A stretch of 64,000 nucleotides of DNA, from assembly GCA_965233795.1 (NCBI GenBank), contig OZ247578.1:313878-377877 (forward strand). The letters are read 5' to 3'. This stretch comes from an uncultured Polaribacter sp. Lineage in GTDB: Bacteria; Bacteroidota; Bacteroidia; Flavobacteriales; Flavobacteriaceae. The notes below the pieces were generated by a model, which ran no database searches, had not been told where the DNA came from, and worked only from the letters and a program-made list of their open reading frames with translations. The position numbers were made by a program, and so were the translations under genes. Shown here piece by piece: positions 37,365 to 47,220 of this stretch (position 1 is the stretch's first letter; each line of letters starts with the position of its first letter).

Positions 37365-38585
37365 CTAAATATTTTTATTCATTCTTATTTTACTAAAAAC
37401 TATTAATATTAGGTAAAATAAAATAACCCCCGATTGTCTAAGTAATATATTCTCTGTTATAAAATTTATACAAAAAAAAATGATTAGTAATATTAAGAGC
37501 TCATTTCTAAATTTAACTGCTTTTCGAAAATTAAAAATTAAAAAACTAATAAATACTATAAGCCCAATAATCCCCGTTTTTAATAAAATGTCTAAATATT
37601 GATTATGAGAATTGTATTGCCTAAGTAAAAGGGTGTCATCAATGTTTTTATAACAATTATTTAATGCTGTTTGAGAGTTTCCTACACCATAACCTAATAA
37701 CAATTTTTCTTCAGCCAATTTTAAACTACACTGATATGCTTTAATTCTAATTCCGTTAGAATAATTGGTGTTAATTTGAGTATATGTTTCAATAGTAAAA
37801 AGTTCTTTCATTCTTCTATTAAAAAGAAATAGAGATAAAACAGAAAGAATTAATATTGTAAGAAATATGAACCTTTTTTTAGTTGATTTGAATTGAAAAA
37901 AAACGAAAATGATTAAGACGATAAATAAAGAAATTATAACTCCTTTACTCAAAATAAACAGTAAAAATAAACTATTGATTAATATAGAACCATATATCAT
38001 ATTCGTTTCAAGTATAGATTTATTTTTTCTTTGCCTATACAATTCTAAACCAAAAATAATTCCAACAGCACTAAATATAGATGCATAGATTGGATGTTGA
38101 TTGATTAAAGGAATTTTTTCTATTAATGTTCTTGCTTTATTTGTATACCAATTATCATAATAAAATGTATTCTCATCCAAAAAAACATATAAAAAAATAA
38201 TTAATGCAAATAAAGATGAGCTTAATATAAAACCTTTCAAAAAAGTAAAAAATAATTCTCTATTTATTCTAAAGTTAGGATTAAAAACATGAAATATAAG
38301 AGGGATAACTAGTATTGATAGACATGTTTCTAAATTATTCAATGCATTTTTCCCAATAGAATCCCCTATCATTAAAGATAATAAGAATAATATGTATAAA
38401 GAATTATTTATAAAAAACCATTTCCATTCTATTTTCTTTTTATCAAAGAAAAAAAAGCTACTTATTAGTAATAAAATTATTGGAAGTCCTTTAATTTTAT
38501 TTGGTAGTAAAGGAAATATAGAGAAAAATAAAATCAAGGAACTGAAAATATTTTGTTTAGTTATCTTAGATTTAGCTATTCTCAT
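37365..38585 (-). CDS. O-antigen ligase/polymerase family membrane protein (Wzy_C-like)
   Basis: 406 aa polytopic protein. It has a large loop with SHNQYLDILLKTGIIGL, the pattern typical of the Wzy_C domain. Confidence 0.68.
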   Translation of the reverse strand: MRIAKSKITKQNIFSSLILFFSIFPLLPNKIKGLPIILLLISSFFFFDKKKIEWKWFFINNSLYILFLLSLMIGDSIGKNALNNLETCLSILVIPLIFHVFNPNFRINRELFFTFLKGFILSSSLFALIIFLYVFLDENTFYYDNWYTNKARTLIEKIPLINQHPIYASIFSAVGIIFGLELYRQRKNKSILETNMIYGSILINSLFLLFILSKGVIISLFIVLIIFVFFQFKSTKKRFIFLTILILSVLSLFLFNRRMKELFTIETYTQINTNYSNGIRIKAYQCSLKLAEEKLLLGYGVGNSQTALNNCYKNIDDTLLLRQYNSHNQYLDILLKTGIIGLIVFISFLIFNFRKAVKFRNELLILLIIFFCINFITENILLRQSGVILFYLILIVFSKIRMNKNI

Positions 38586-39883
38586 TAAATATTTATTTTA
38601 AATTTATATTTTCCAAACCAAACATTGATTTTTAATATTATCCAAAGGAAGAAGAAAACTAATAATTCATCTGAGAACGGCATTCTAAAAATTAATATTC
38701 CAATTATAAATAAAATAACCCCGGAAATAGCTCCAAAGTTTTTTAAAGCTCTAGTTAATAAATAATCTAGTATTAATAAAAATATAGGAAGTAATATTAT
38801 TCCAAATAGATAAAAGTTCATATACATTTCACCCATTATAGTAGTTACTAATGAAGCCCCACCGTACTCCTTAGCTGCAATAACTGTAATACTTTCGGGT
38901 TTTGATAGCCAAATTGATCTAGGCAAGTAAAAAAATAAAGGTTTTAAATATGTTGTTCCATATAAGAAATTATCGTATTTATTAAAAATTTCAAACATTA
39001 CATTAACATTTATGGATTCTGAAATCTCTAAAAAGAACATTGAAGGTTTCGGCGGTTCTAGAGAAATAGCTCTAAATAGAGAAGCCATAAAAATTGGAAT
39101 TGTGGGTAGTCCTTGAGCAAAAAGAGGCCCTCTCATGTGTTTAAAAATAGAAGCAAAATATCCAAGAATAAAAACCACTGGTAAGATAATGGGGGAAAAT
39201 ACGATTATATAACTTGGAAACCTTCTTAGTAAAATAAGTCCAATTGTTATTGCAGTACAAAATAAATATATTCTATTGCCTGTAAAGAACATATCTAAAG
39301 CCACAAAAGGTACGATTAAAAAGACAAATTTTATAAAACTATATTGTTTATTTATCCATTTATGAAAAAGAGAAGCAATAATTAAAATTTTCGATGAATT
39401 TAGAACAAAGGCTAATAACACGGCAAAAGCCCCAGAGGATATAAAAAAATTATGTCTGTTTTCGTACCAATCTCCTCCTTTTAATAAACCAGACCCAACA
39501 AAAATTATTAACATTCCGAGAATATAGACAGCTAAATAACTTTTTATTGTTGGTTTAATTTGCACACCTTTTTTTCCTTTATATTTTAATTTTGGAAAAT
39601 ATAAATAAGTGATGATAGAAAATATAAAAGCTAACAATATAAAAGCTGCTTGAATATTATCTTTTAAAATCATATCTACTAAATCTGTACCCCCAAAACC
39701 TGCTCTTGTAAGCGGTATTTTTCCTGTAAAAATCATCACCCATACAGGTAAGAAAACAAAAAAAAGCAGTCCAAAAGAAATACCTACTTTAAAGTTTAGA
39801 CCCTCTTTAAAAAAAAGAGCTAGAAATATTAATATAATTAAAATAAACTCAACTATAAATAATGTTAATATTAACTTTTGCAT
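38585..39883 (-). CDS. Polytopic membrane protein, putative oligosaccharide repeat-unit polymerase (Wzy-like)
   Basis: 432 aa with ~11 TM helices, and located in the glycan locus. Its stop overlaps the next gene's start by 1 nt (TAATG). The assignment rests on topology and context only. Confidence 0.5.
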   Translation of the reverse strand: MQKLILTLFIVEFILIILIFLALFFKEGLNFKVGISFGLLFFVFLPVWVMIFTGKIPLTRAGFGGTDLVDMILKDNIQAAFILLAFIFSIITYLYFPKLKYKGKKGVQIKPTIKSYLAVYILGMLIIFVGSGLLKGGDWYENRHNFFISSGAFAVLLAFVLNSSKILIIASLFHKWINKQYSFIKFVFLIVPFVALDMFFTGNRIYLFCTAITIGLILLRRFPSYIIVFSPIILPVVFILGYFASIFKHMRGPLFAQGLPTIPIFMASLFRAISLEPPKPSMFFLEISESINVNVMFEIFNKYDNFLYGTTYLKPLFFYLPRSIWLSKPESITVIAAKEYGGASLVTTIMGEMYMNFYLFGIILLPIFLLILDYLLTRALKNFGAISGVILFIIGILIFRMPFSDELLVFFFLWIILKINVWFGKYKFKINI

Positions 39884-39929
39884 ATATGTTAGTATTGAGT
39901 CAAAGCCTTATTATATAGAAGATTAATTT

Positions 39930-40991
39930 TTATAAAACGAGTTTGATAAATGTATTTGACATTGCTTCGGTAGAGTAGTTTTCTTTACAGGCTTTAGTAA
40001 TTAAATCTCTTTTACCTACCCATTTTTCTTTGTTTTCAAAAAAAGATAATATTTTTTCTCCGCAAGATGTTATATCGTTAGTGGTGAAAAATAAACCATT
40101 CACGTTTTCTTCAAAGGCTTCTATTTCTGGTGAATGATTTTCAGTTTTAGATACTAACATTGGAACTCCGAAACCGAAGCTTTGAGTAATAGAAAGTCCT
40201 ACGTAACCAGAAGAAACACTTAGCAGAGAACTGAAATAAAGGTTTTTCAATTCTTTATAATCAGATACATGACCTTTTAATAAAACTTTTTCAGTAAGTT
40301 TATTCTCAAGTATATAAGACAATAATTTTTCATGTTCTTCTCCAGAACCAGCAATAATTAAACAACAGTTCTTAGGAAGTTTTGTCATTATACTATGGAA
40401 AGATTTCACTAAAAACATGATTTTCTTCAATTTAGTGAGTCTTCCTACGTAAATGATATTATTTATTTTTTCTGTATCATTATTAGTTGACATTTCTGAA
40501 GAATTAATAACTGCATTCGATGCGACTTCAATACTTTTATTTGGTAGCTGCTGCTGTAATTCTTGTTTTTGTTGCTTGGTGTAAACAATTATTTTATTTC
40601 CAAGAACTTTCATTATCTTTCTTATTCTTTCTGTTTTAGAGTTTTTGCCATTTCTTGGCCAAGCATGCCCCCACAAATAAACTTTTTTACCTAATATTTT
40701 TCTACCAATTAAGATAAACCAATTAGTTAGAATTCTAGGGTTCATTTCAACTATAACAATTCCTTCTTTAAAAATTAATTCCGTAAAATGACTTTGAATC
40801 AATACCTTCCCAAATAAGAATAAGTTTTTAACCTTAACTTTTTGAATTGTTTCATCATCTTTTAGGGATTTTTCAAAATAAGAGTTTCCAGAGTATAATT
40901 CAAATTTACTTCCTAATTCATTTCTTATATTTTCAAAAAAAATTTTCCTATAATCGGGTGTAATTGATTGCAATATAGTTAGTCGCTTCAT
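39930..40991 (-). CDS. GT4/GT1-family glycosyltransferase
   Basis: 353 aa. GT-B C-terminal domain (IYVGRL...KK..., GFGVPMLVS...EIEAFEE). Confidence 0.8.
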   Translation of the reverse strand: MKRLTILQSITPDYRKIFFENIRNELGSKFELYSGNSYFEKSLKDDETIQKVKVKNLFLFGKVLIQSHFTELIFKEGIVIVEMNPRILTNWFILIGRKILGKKVYLWGHAWPRNGKNSKTERIRKIMKVLGNKIIVYTKQQKQELQQQLPNKSIEVASNAVINSSEMSTNNDTEKINNIIYVGRLTKLKKIMFLVKSFHSIMTKLPKNCCLIIAGSGEEHEKLLSYILENKLTEKVLLKGHVSDYKELKNLYFSSLLSVSSGYVGLSITQSFGFGVPMLVSKTENHSPEIEAFEENVNGLFFTTNDITSCGEKILSFFENKEKWVGKRDLITKACKENYSTEAMSNTFIKLVL

Positions 40992-42262
40992 GGAATAATT
41001 TTTTTACTAAAATTGTTAAAACTAATATATGCCAAAATTAAAATAAATAATTCTGTAAAACTTGCAGAAATTGCTACTCCATATATTGAGTAAGGTTTTA
41101 TCAGAAATAAAACAAGAGAAAGATTTACACTACCTCCAATAATTAATATTTTTAACCTTTTATTATATTCTTTAACAGCTGGTAAAAATAAAGTAACAAA
41201 TAACATATTTGTAGAAGAGAATAATGCTATAGAAGCTAAAATCTGTAGTACAGGATAATAACCTGTTATAAGTTCATTATTAAAAACTAAATGTAAAATA
41301 GACTCAGAAAAGGTAAAAGTTAAAGTCATAATAATGAATCCAGATATTAAAACAGGGGTTTTTAACTTATTGATTATAAAAACAATATGTTTTTTTTCTT
41401 TAATTGAAATATTAGGAAAAATCGCCTGATATAAAGGTAGATAAATACTTTTTATTGCTATTATTAGCTTCTCCATACTTGCATAGATTCCAGCTAACGA
41501 GTCTGTTGTAAACAATCCTAATATTAGTGTATTTAATGAAGTATAAAGGCTTACAACAATATTAGAAAAAAACAAACTAAAACTTTCTTTAATTATTTTT
41601 ATAATTTGATTAAAGTTTGGTTTTTTATAATTGATATATTTTAAACTTATTATAAACCCTATAGTTCCAGATATAATAAACCCAAAACTATTAAAAACAG
41701 GCACTAATTTATAATCTGATTCTTCTTTGATAAAAAGAAATATAAAAATTGTAAAAATAAGCTTAGCTGTTAGGTTAATAAAAGTTATAACTCTCATTTT
41801 TTCAATTCCTTGAAAAAACCAAGTAGGAAATAAATTTTGCCCTATTACAATACCAAAACTGAATAGATAAACTATTTTATTAATAAAAAATCTTTCAATA
41901 GTAAAACACAAAATTAATAACGTTAAAAACGCAAAAAAAAGTAACAGTCCTTTAATAGAAAAAATATTCCAAAAATACTCTGAAAGATTTTTCTTTTTCT
42001 TTTTTAATATAGATACTTCTCTAGTAGCACTAATATTAAACCCAAAATCAACAAAAATTCCAAGAAAAATAGCTAAAGAGTGAGCCATCATAACAATCCC
42101 ATAATTATTAGTCCCTAATACTCTAACAAGATAAGGGAATGTAACTAAGGGGATAATAAAGTTGCATCCTTGAATTATCAACAAATAAAAATAATTCTCA
42201 AATACAATAGTTTTATAAAACGGCTTCCATTTGATCAAATCATCTAAATATTTAAATACCAC
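40988..42262 (-). CDS. wzx: Oligosaccharide flippase Wzx (MOP superfamily)
   Basis: 424 aa with ~12 TM helices. The N-terminal [28 protein letters not shown] is typical of polysaccharide flippases. Confidence 0.83.
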   Translation of the reverse strand: MVFKYLDDLIKWKPFYKTIVFENYFYLLIIQGCNFIIPLVTFPYLVRVLGTNNYGIVMMAHSLAIFLGIFVDFGFNISATREVSILKKKKKNLSEYFWNIFSIKGLLLFFAFLTLLILCFTIERFFINKIVYLFSFGIVIGQNLFPTWFFQGIEKMRVITFINLTAKLIFTIFIFLFIKEESDYKLVPVFNSFGFIISGTIGFIISLKYINYKKPNFNQIIKIIKESFSLFFSNIVVSLYTSLNTLILGLFTTDSLAGIYASMEKLIIAIKSIYLPLYQAIFPNISIKEKKHIVFIINKLKTPVLISGFIIMTLTFTFSESILHLVFNNELITGYYPVLQILASIALFSSTNMLFVTLFLPAVKEYNKRLKILIIGGSVNLSLVLFLIKPYSIYGVAISASFTELFILILAYISFNNFSKKIIP

Positions 42263-43287
42263 TCATACATTTTACGAATTCCATCTTCCAACTCAACTTT
42301 ATATTCCCATCCCAATTTCTTTAATTTAGAAACATCCGTAACTTTACGTAGCGTTCCATCAGGCTTTTCAGTATTGAATACAAAACCACCTTTATATCCT
42401 ACTATTTTTTTTATTAACTCAGCCAATTCTTTGATAGAAATATCGATTCCAGTACCAATATTGATATGCGTATTTCGAATCTCCTTTTGATTTGCGGTTA
42501 AATCTTTAAAATTCACGTTTTCCATGACAAAGACGGAAGCATCCGCCATATCTTCCGACCATAAAAACTCACGTTTTGGTTTTCCAGATCCCCATATTTC
42601 TACCGTATTTTTGGTAATTCCATATTTTGATAAAATATCAAAAGATTTATTGAAAGAGGTTATTTGTAAATCTTTTATCACAGCTTCTTTTTGTCCTTCT
42701 TGTAGTAATTTTGCTAAATGAATTTTTCGAATTAAAGCAGGTAAAACATGCGATTTTTCTAAATCGAAATTGTCATTAGGACCATACAGATTGGTTGGCA
42801 TTACCGATAAAAAATTGGTATCATACTGAATGTTATAACTCTCGCACATTTTAATACCTGCAATTTTAGCAATGGCATACGGTTCATTTGTATATTCTAA
42901 TGTATTTGTTAAGAGAGCGTTTTCTTTAATAGGTTGCATAGCAGTTTTTGGGTAAATACAGGTGCTTCCTAGAAATAATAATTTTTCAACACCATATACA
43001 TAACTTTGATGTATCACATTATTTTGAATCATCAAATTGTGATAAATAAAATCCGCTCTATAAGTATTATTAGCTTCAATACCACCTACTTTTGCAGCAG
43101 CTAAAAACACGTATTGCGGTTTTTCTTTTTCGAAAAAATTAGCTGTTTCTTTTTGGTTGGTTAAGTCGAGTTCCTTATGGGTTCGAGTAACAATATTTGC
43201 ATATCCTTTTTGTTGTAAGTTTTTAAGTATGGCACTACCCACTAAGCCTCTATGACCTGCAATAAATATTTTATCTTCTTTATTCAT
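42244..43287 (-). CDS. fcl: GDP-L-fucose synthase
   Basis: 347 aa. [18 protein letters not shown] (YxxxK), full-length Fcl-like sequence. Confidence 0.93.
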   Translation of the reverse strand: MNKEDKIFIAGHRGLVGSAILKNLQQKGYANIVTRTHKELDLTNQKETANFFEKEKPQYVFLAAAKVGGIEANNTYRADFIYHNLMIQNNVIHQSYVYGVEKLLFLGSTCIYPKTAMQPIKENALLTNTLEYTNEPYAIAKIAGIKMCESYNIQYDTNFLSVMPTNLYGPNDNFDLEKSHVLPALIRKIHLAKLLQEGQKEAVIKDLQITSFNKSFDILSKYGITKNTVEIWGSGKPKREFLWSEDMADASVFVMENVNFKDLTANQKEIRNTHINIGTGIDISIKELAELIKKIVGYKGGFVFNTEKPDGTLRKVTDVSKLKKLGWEYKVELEDGIRKMYEWYLNI

Positions 43288-44395
43288 AGTTGTTTAAAAT
43301 ATTGTGACCACCATCTTTTAGGTACAATTCTTTTCTCATTAATTGTAAATCATTTGCCATCATCTCCTTTACTAATTCTTGTAAACTATATTCTGGGATC
43401 CAACCTAATTTTTCTTTTGCTTTTGTGGCATCGCCAATTAATAAATCTACCTCTGTAGGCCTGTAATAGTGAGGATCTACACAAACAACTTCTTTTCCTA
43501 TTTCTAAATTAAAATCGGAATTATTACAAGATGAGACATACCCTTTTTCCTCTTTGCCTTCTCCTTTAAACTCTAAGGTAATCCCTACTTCTAAAAAAGC
43601 CATTTTCACAAAATCCCTTACAGTAGTTGTCTTTCCTGTAGCAATTACCCAATCTTCGGGTGTATCTGCTTGTAAAATCATCCACATCATTCTTACATAA
43701 TCTTTTGCATGCCCCCAGTCTCTCTTCGCATCTAAATTTCCTAAATATATTTTTTCTTGTAATCCTAAGGCTATTTTAGACGTAGCTCTTGTAATTTTTC
43801 TAGTCACAAAAGTTTCTCCTCTTAAAGGCGATTCATGGTTAAATAAAATACCATTGCAAGCAAATAAATTATAAGCTTCTCTATAGTTTATCGTAATCCA
43901 ATAGGCATATATTTTTGCAACTCCGTAAGGGCTTCTAGGGTAAAAAGGTGTTTTCTCTGTTTGAGGAACTTCTTGCACTTTTCCGTACAATTCTGAAGTA
44001 GAAGCTTGATAAATTTTTGTTTTTTTCTCTAGGTTTAAAATACGAATAGCCTCTAATAGACGTAATGTACCCATAGCATCTACATTAGCGGTATATTCTG
44101 GAGTTTCAAAAGAAACATGTACATGACTCATGGCAGCCAAATTATAAATTTCATCGGGCTTGACTTCTTGAATAATTCGAATTAAATTAGAAGTGTCAGT
44201 CATGTCACCATAGTGTAAAAATAATTTTCTGTCTTCTACATGGGGATCTTCATACAAATGATCAATTCGTTGTGTATTAAAACTAGAGGCTCTTCTTTTT
44301 ATTCCATGAACTTCGTACCCTTTCTCTAAAAGAAACTCTGTTAAATACGTTCCATCTTGTCCTGTAATACCAGTTACTAAAGCAACTTTCTTCAT
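43280..44395 (-). CDS. gmd: GDP-mannose 4,6-dehydratase
   Basis: 371 aa. [54 protein letters not shown]. Confidence 0.97.
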   Translation of the reverse strand: MKKVALVTGITGQDGTYLTEFLLEKGYEVHGIKRRASSFNTQRIDHLYEDPHVEDRKLFLHYGDMTDTSNLIRIIQEVKPDEIYNLAAMSHVHVSFETPEYTANVDAMGTLRLLEAIRILNLEKKTKIYQASTSELYGKVQEVPQTEKTPFYPRSPYGVAKIYAYWITINYREAYNLFACNGILFNHESPLRGETFVTRKITRATSKIALGLQEKIYLGNLDAKRDWGHAKDYVRMMWMILQADTPEDWVIATGKTTTVRDFVKMAFLEVGITLEFKGEGKEEKGYVSSCNNSDFNLEIGKEVVCVDPHYYRPTEVDLLIGDATKAKEKLGWIPEYSLQELVKEMMANDLQLMRKELYLKDGGHNILNNYE

Positions 44396-44424
44396 TTTAG
44401 TAGTATATTTTATATGAGTGTTTT

Positions 44425-45462
44425 TTATTTTTTATATTGATTTAAAAAACTGTTAAGATTTCTTAATAAAAGAAAAAGAATCATCATTGTAATGGCGAAT
44501 AATCCTATTAAAAAAATATAATTCTTTTCAATGTTTTTTATTTCATATCCAATCGTTTGAAAACTAGCAATTACATTAATTACTTCTGATTTTTCAGAAA
44601 GGTCTTCATTTATCTTTTTCAATTCGTTGTTAATAATGCTGTAGGTTCCAAATAATTCCAATTCTTTAGAGGTTTTTTTTTGCCCTCCTAAATCTATATT
44701 AGTGCCTTGAGTCTCTTTTTTTGCTTCTGCTAATAAAACCTCTTTATATACCTTCTGTAAGGTATCTAATTCAATCAAATTTTTTCGTAATAAAGAATCT
44801 GTTCGATTTAAGTTCTCATTCGTTAATGTTTTTACTCTATTAAAATAATTATTGTTTGTAATTGCTTTAAGAATTACAGATTCTAAATCCCTAAACACAT
44901 TTGATTTTGTTGCTTCTACATGGACTTGTTGTATCTTATAATCATACTCTGTAAACATATTTTTAAATTGTTCAAAAGAATAGCTTTGAACGGTTAGTGT
45001 ATCTACCGATAATACCAATTTATTATAAGACGTTAAAATATCATTTTCGGTTTTGACTGGAAAAATGGTGAACTTTTTTAAAGAAGCAGCATCTTGTTTA
45101 GAAAGATTAAATGTTTTTGCGAGTAAAGCAGTATCTTTTTGTTTTACAAGATCATTATAATAATTGATATTATTATACAATTGTCTAGCACTATTAAAAT
45201 TAGGTTGCAATAATAAATCTGAGCCAAATTTTTTGTCAGATTTGAATTCTATAAAAGAACCTAAAAGGCCTCCTATAATTCCAGCAATTATAATTTTTTT
45301 TGCATTGAATTTAAAGAATAATAAAATAGAGATAAGAAAATGAAAAACGCCTTTCAATATCTTTCCTACAAAGTTAAAGAGGTTTGAAAACCCTTTCCCA
45401 ATAATTAAAAATAGAGAACCTAAATCTACTTCTTCTTCGTTATTGTTTGCTTTTGTTGACAT
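44425..45462 (-). CDS. Wzz-like polysaccharide chain-length determinant candidate (membrane protein with coiled-coil middle domain)
   Basis: 345 aa. N-terminal TM helices, a long polar/coiled region and one C-terminal TM helix (PCP-like topology). It sits at the 5' end of the glycan locus. Confidence 0.55.
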   Translation of the reverse strand: MSTKANNNEEEVDLGSLFLIIGKGFSNLFNFVGKILKGVFHFLISILLFFKFNAKKIIIAGIIGGLLGSFIEFKSDKKFGSDLLLQPNFNSARQLYNNINYYNDLVKQKDTALLAKTFNLSKQDAASLKKFTIFPVKTENDILTSYNKLVLSVDTLTVQSYSFEQFKNMFTEYDYKIQQVHVEATKSNVFRDLESVILKAITNNNYFNRVKTLTNENLNRTDSLLRKNLIELDTLQKVYKEVLLAEAKKETQGTNIDLGGQKKTSKELELFGTYSIINNELKKINEDLSEKSEVINVIASFQTIGYEIKNIEKNYIFLIGLFAITMMILFLLLRNLNSFLNQYKK

Positions 45463-45501
45463 AATGATTTATTATATTGTTTTTATAATCTTTTGAAATT
45501 T

Positions 45502-47181
45502 TTAAAAAATTTGTTCCAATATTTTTTGAGTAATGGCATAGGTGGGTGTAACTCCTGTCATTCCCAAACCCCCAGAAGCTAATGTTGCTCCTGTTTCTAA
45601 AGGATTGTCCGAAGCATAATATGCATATCTTACTTTTACGTTTTCTGAAATGTTTCCTCTTATTTTAGAGGCAGATTGAATGGCTTTTTGATAGTGTGCG
45701 CCTTCCATTTCTAATCCAATAACATTCCATGTAGAATCGTGAAAGAATTTTAAAAGGTCTTTATTTTGTAAAGAAGTTCCTAAAACGGAAACCATAGCAC
45801 CGTCAAAAACATGTACACCAAATCCTTCTAAGTCTTTTTTAGAAAGTTCATTTTTAAAAGGATAATTGTCTGCAGTACCTTCAAAAATATGCGCAGAAGG
45901 AATCATAATATCTCCTTTTTTCCCTTCTAAAATACCTGCTTTTCCCATAATAGATATAGAAGCTACATTTAGGCGCGTGTTTGTGTCATGTGTTTGATAG
46001 GGCTTTAATAATTCGTCCATGGTTTCGTATGCTTGTTCTCCAAATGCATAGTCCATAACAATTAAAACAGGGTCTTCTTTTACGGAGTGTTTTTTTGTAA
46101 ACGTTGTTGTATCAAGATTTATTTTACCAGTATCTATAATTTGTACATTAATATTGGTTCCAGAAGTGTCTTTTAAATAAATCAACCCATTTTTAGAGGC
46201 ATAATTTTTTACTGCTGTTTGATATTCTTTGCTATTTTCATCACTTAATAATTCAAACAATTCAAAACCCTTGTTCGTTTTAGCTTCTTTTGGTAATGCA
46301 GCTTCTGCATAAATGGTATTTAAAACACTGTGCATATTTGCACTGATAATATGAATAGGTCTTTCTAATAGGTTGTTTTCTAATAATGTTTTTTTAATCG
46401 TATTTGCCCAAATTTCTCCATAAATGTGATGTCCAATTTCTTCGACTAAACTTGCCGTAAAATGGATGACTCTTTTTTGATTTTGATACGATTCATTGAT
46501 GGCTAATTTTCCTAACCAATAGATAATTTCAAAAAATCGGTTTGGATTTTCGTCTGTAGAAAATGCATTATAGGTACTTAACACTTCTTGATAGGTTCTT
46601 CCTAAAATAGTAGATAAATGCACTAAGGTAATTGCTCTCTCTTTTTCAGTTATCTTTTTTTGATAGAGCACAATACTTTGAAGATTTTCCCATTCTCTAG
46701 TACAATTTCCTTCTTCATTAAGAACAACACGTTCTTTTATTTTATGCGATTCTATAAACAGAAAAGTCAAATGTGTTAAAATATCATAGATTTCAGACCG
46801 TCCTCTTGTAATTTCTATATTCATTTGATCTTTATCAATTCTGTAGCAATTTCTTCTTCTTTTAGGTGGAATAATTGATTTAAAATGGAGTTCTGAATAC
46901 CCTTCATTAGTAGTTAAATTGATATATCTACATTCTTCAATTCCTTCTGGTAAGCGTTCAATAACATAGATTAAACCGTTTAATTCTACTTGTTCTTCCG
47001 CAATAGAACCGTAAATTTCTGGGCGCAACAATAACAAAGATTTTCGTAAAGTTTCTCCAGAAACGCCCATGGGTTTGTAAAAGCCTCTGGTAAATAAATG
47101 ACGCATAGAAATATATAATTTTTCTATGGCGTTTGTAGATTCTTGTGCTCTGGTTCTATGAGTATTTTTATGTGCAGTCAT
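45502..47181 (-). CDS. Uncharacterised 559-aa protein with a C-terminal nucleoside phosphorylase/nucleosidase (PNP_UDP_1)-like domain
   Basis: C-terminal ISIMGKAGILEGKKGDIMIPSAHI, VIGLEMEGAHY and YYASDNPLE parallel the G-x-G...GD, EME and SD-x-PL motifs of the AMP nucleosidase/PNP family. I do not recognise the N-terminal ~330 aa. Confidence 0.55.
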   Translation of the reverse strand: MTAHKNTHRTRAQESTNAIEKLYISMRHLFTRGFYKPMGVSGETLRKSLLLLRPEIYGSIAEEQVELNGLIYVIERLPEGIEECRYINLTTNEGYSELHFKSIIPPKRRRNCYRIDKDQMNIEITRGRSEIYDILTHLTFLFIESHKIKERVVLNEEGNCTREWENLQSIVLYQKKITEKERAITLVHLSTILGRTYQEVLSTYNAFSTDENPNRFFEIIYWLGKLAINESYQNQKRVIHFTASLVEEIGHHIYGEIWANTIKKTLLENNLLERPIHIISANMHSVLNTIYAEAALPKEAKTNKGFELFELLSDENSKEYQTAVKNYASKNGLIYLKDTSGTNINVQIIDTGKINLDTTTFTKKHSVKEDPVLIVMDYAFGEQAYETMDELLKPYQTHDTNTRLNVASISIMGKAGILEGKKGDIMIPSAHIFEGTADNYPFKNELSKKDLEGFGVHVFDGAMVSVLGTSLQNKDLLKFFHDSTWNVIGLEMEGAHYQKAIQSASKIRGNISENVKVRYAYYASDNPLETGATLASGGLGMTGVTPTYAITQKILEQIF

Positions 47182-47220
47182 TTTTCTTTTTACCGAGCAA
47201 AGTTAAGCATTATAAATCAA

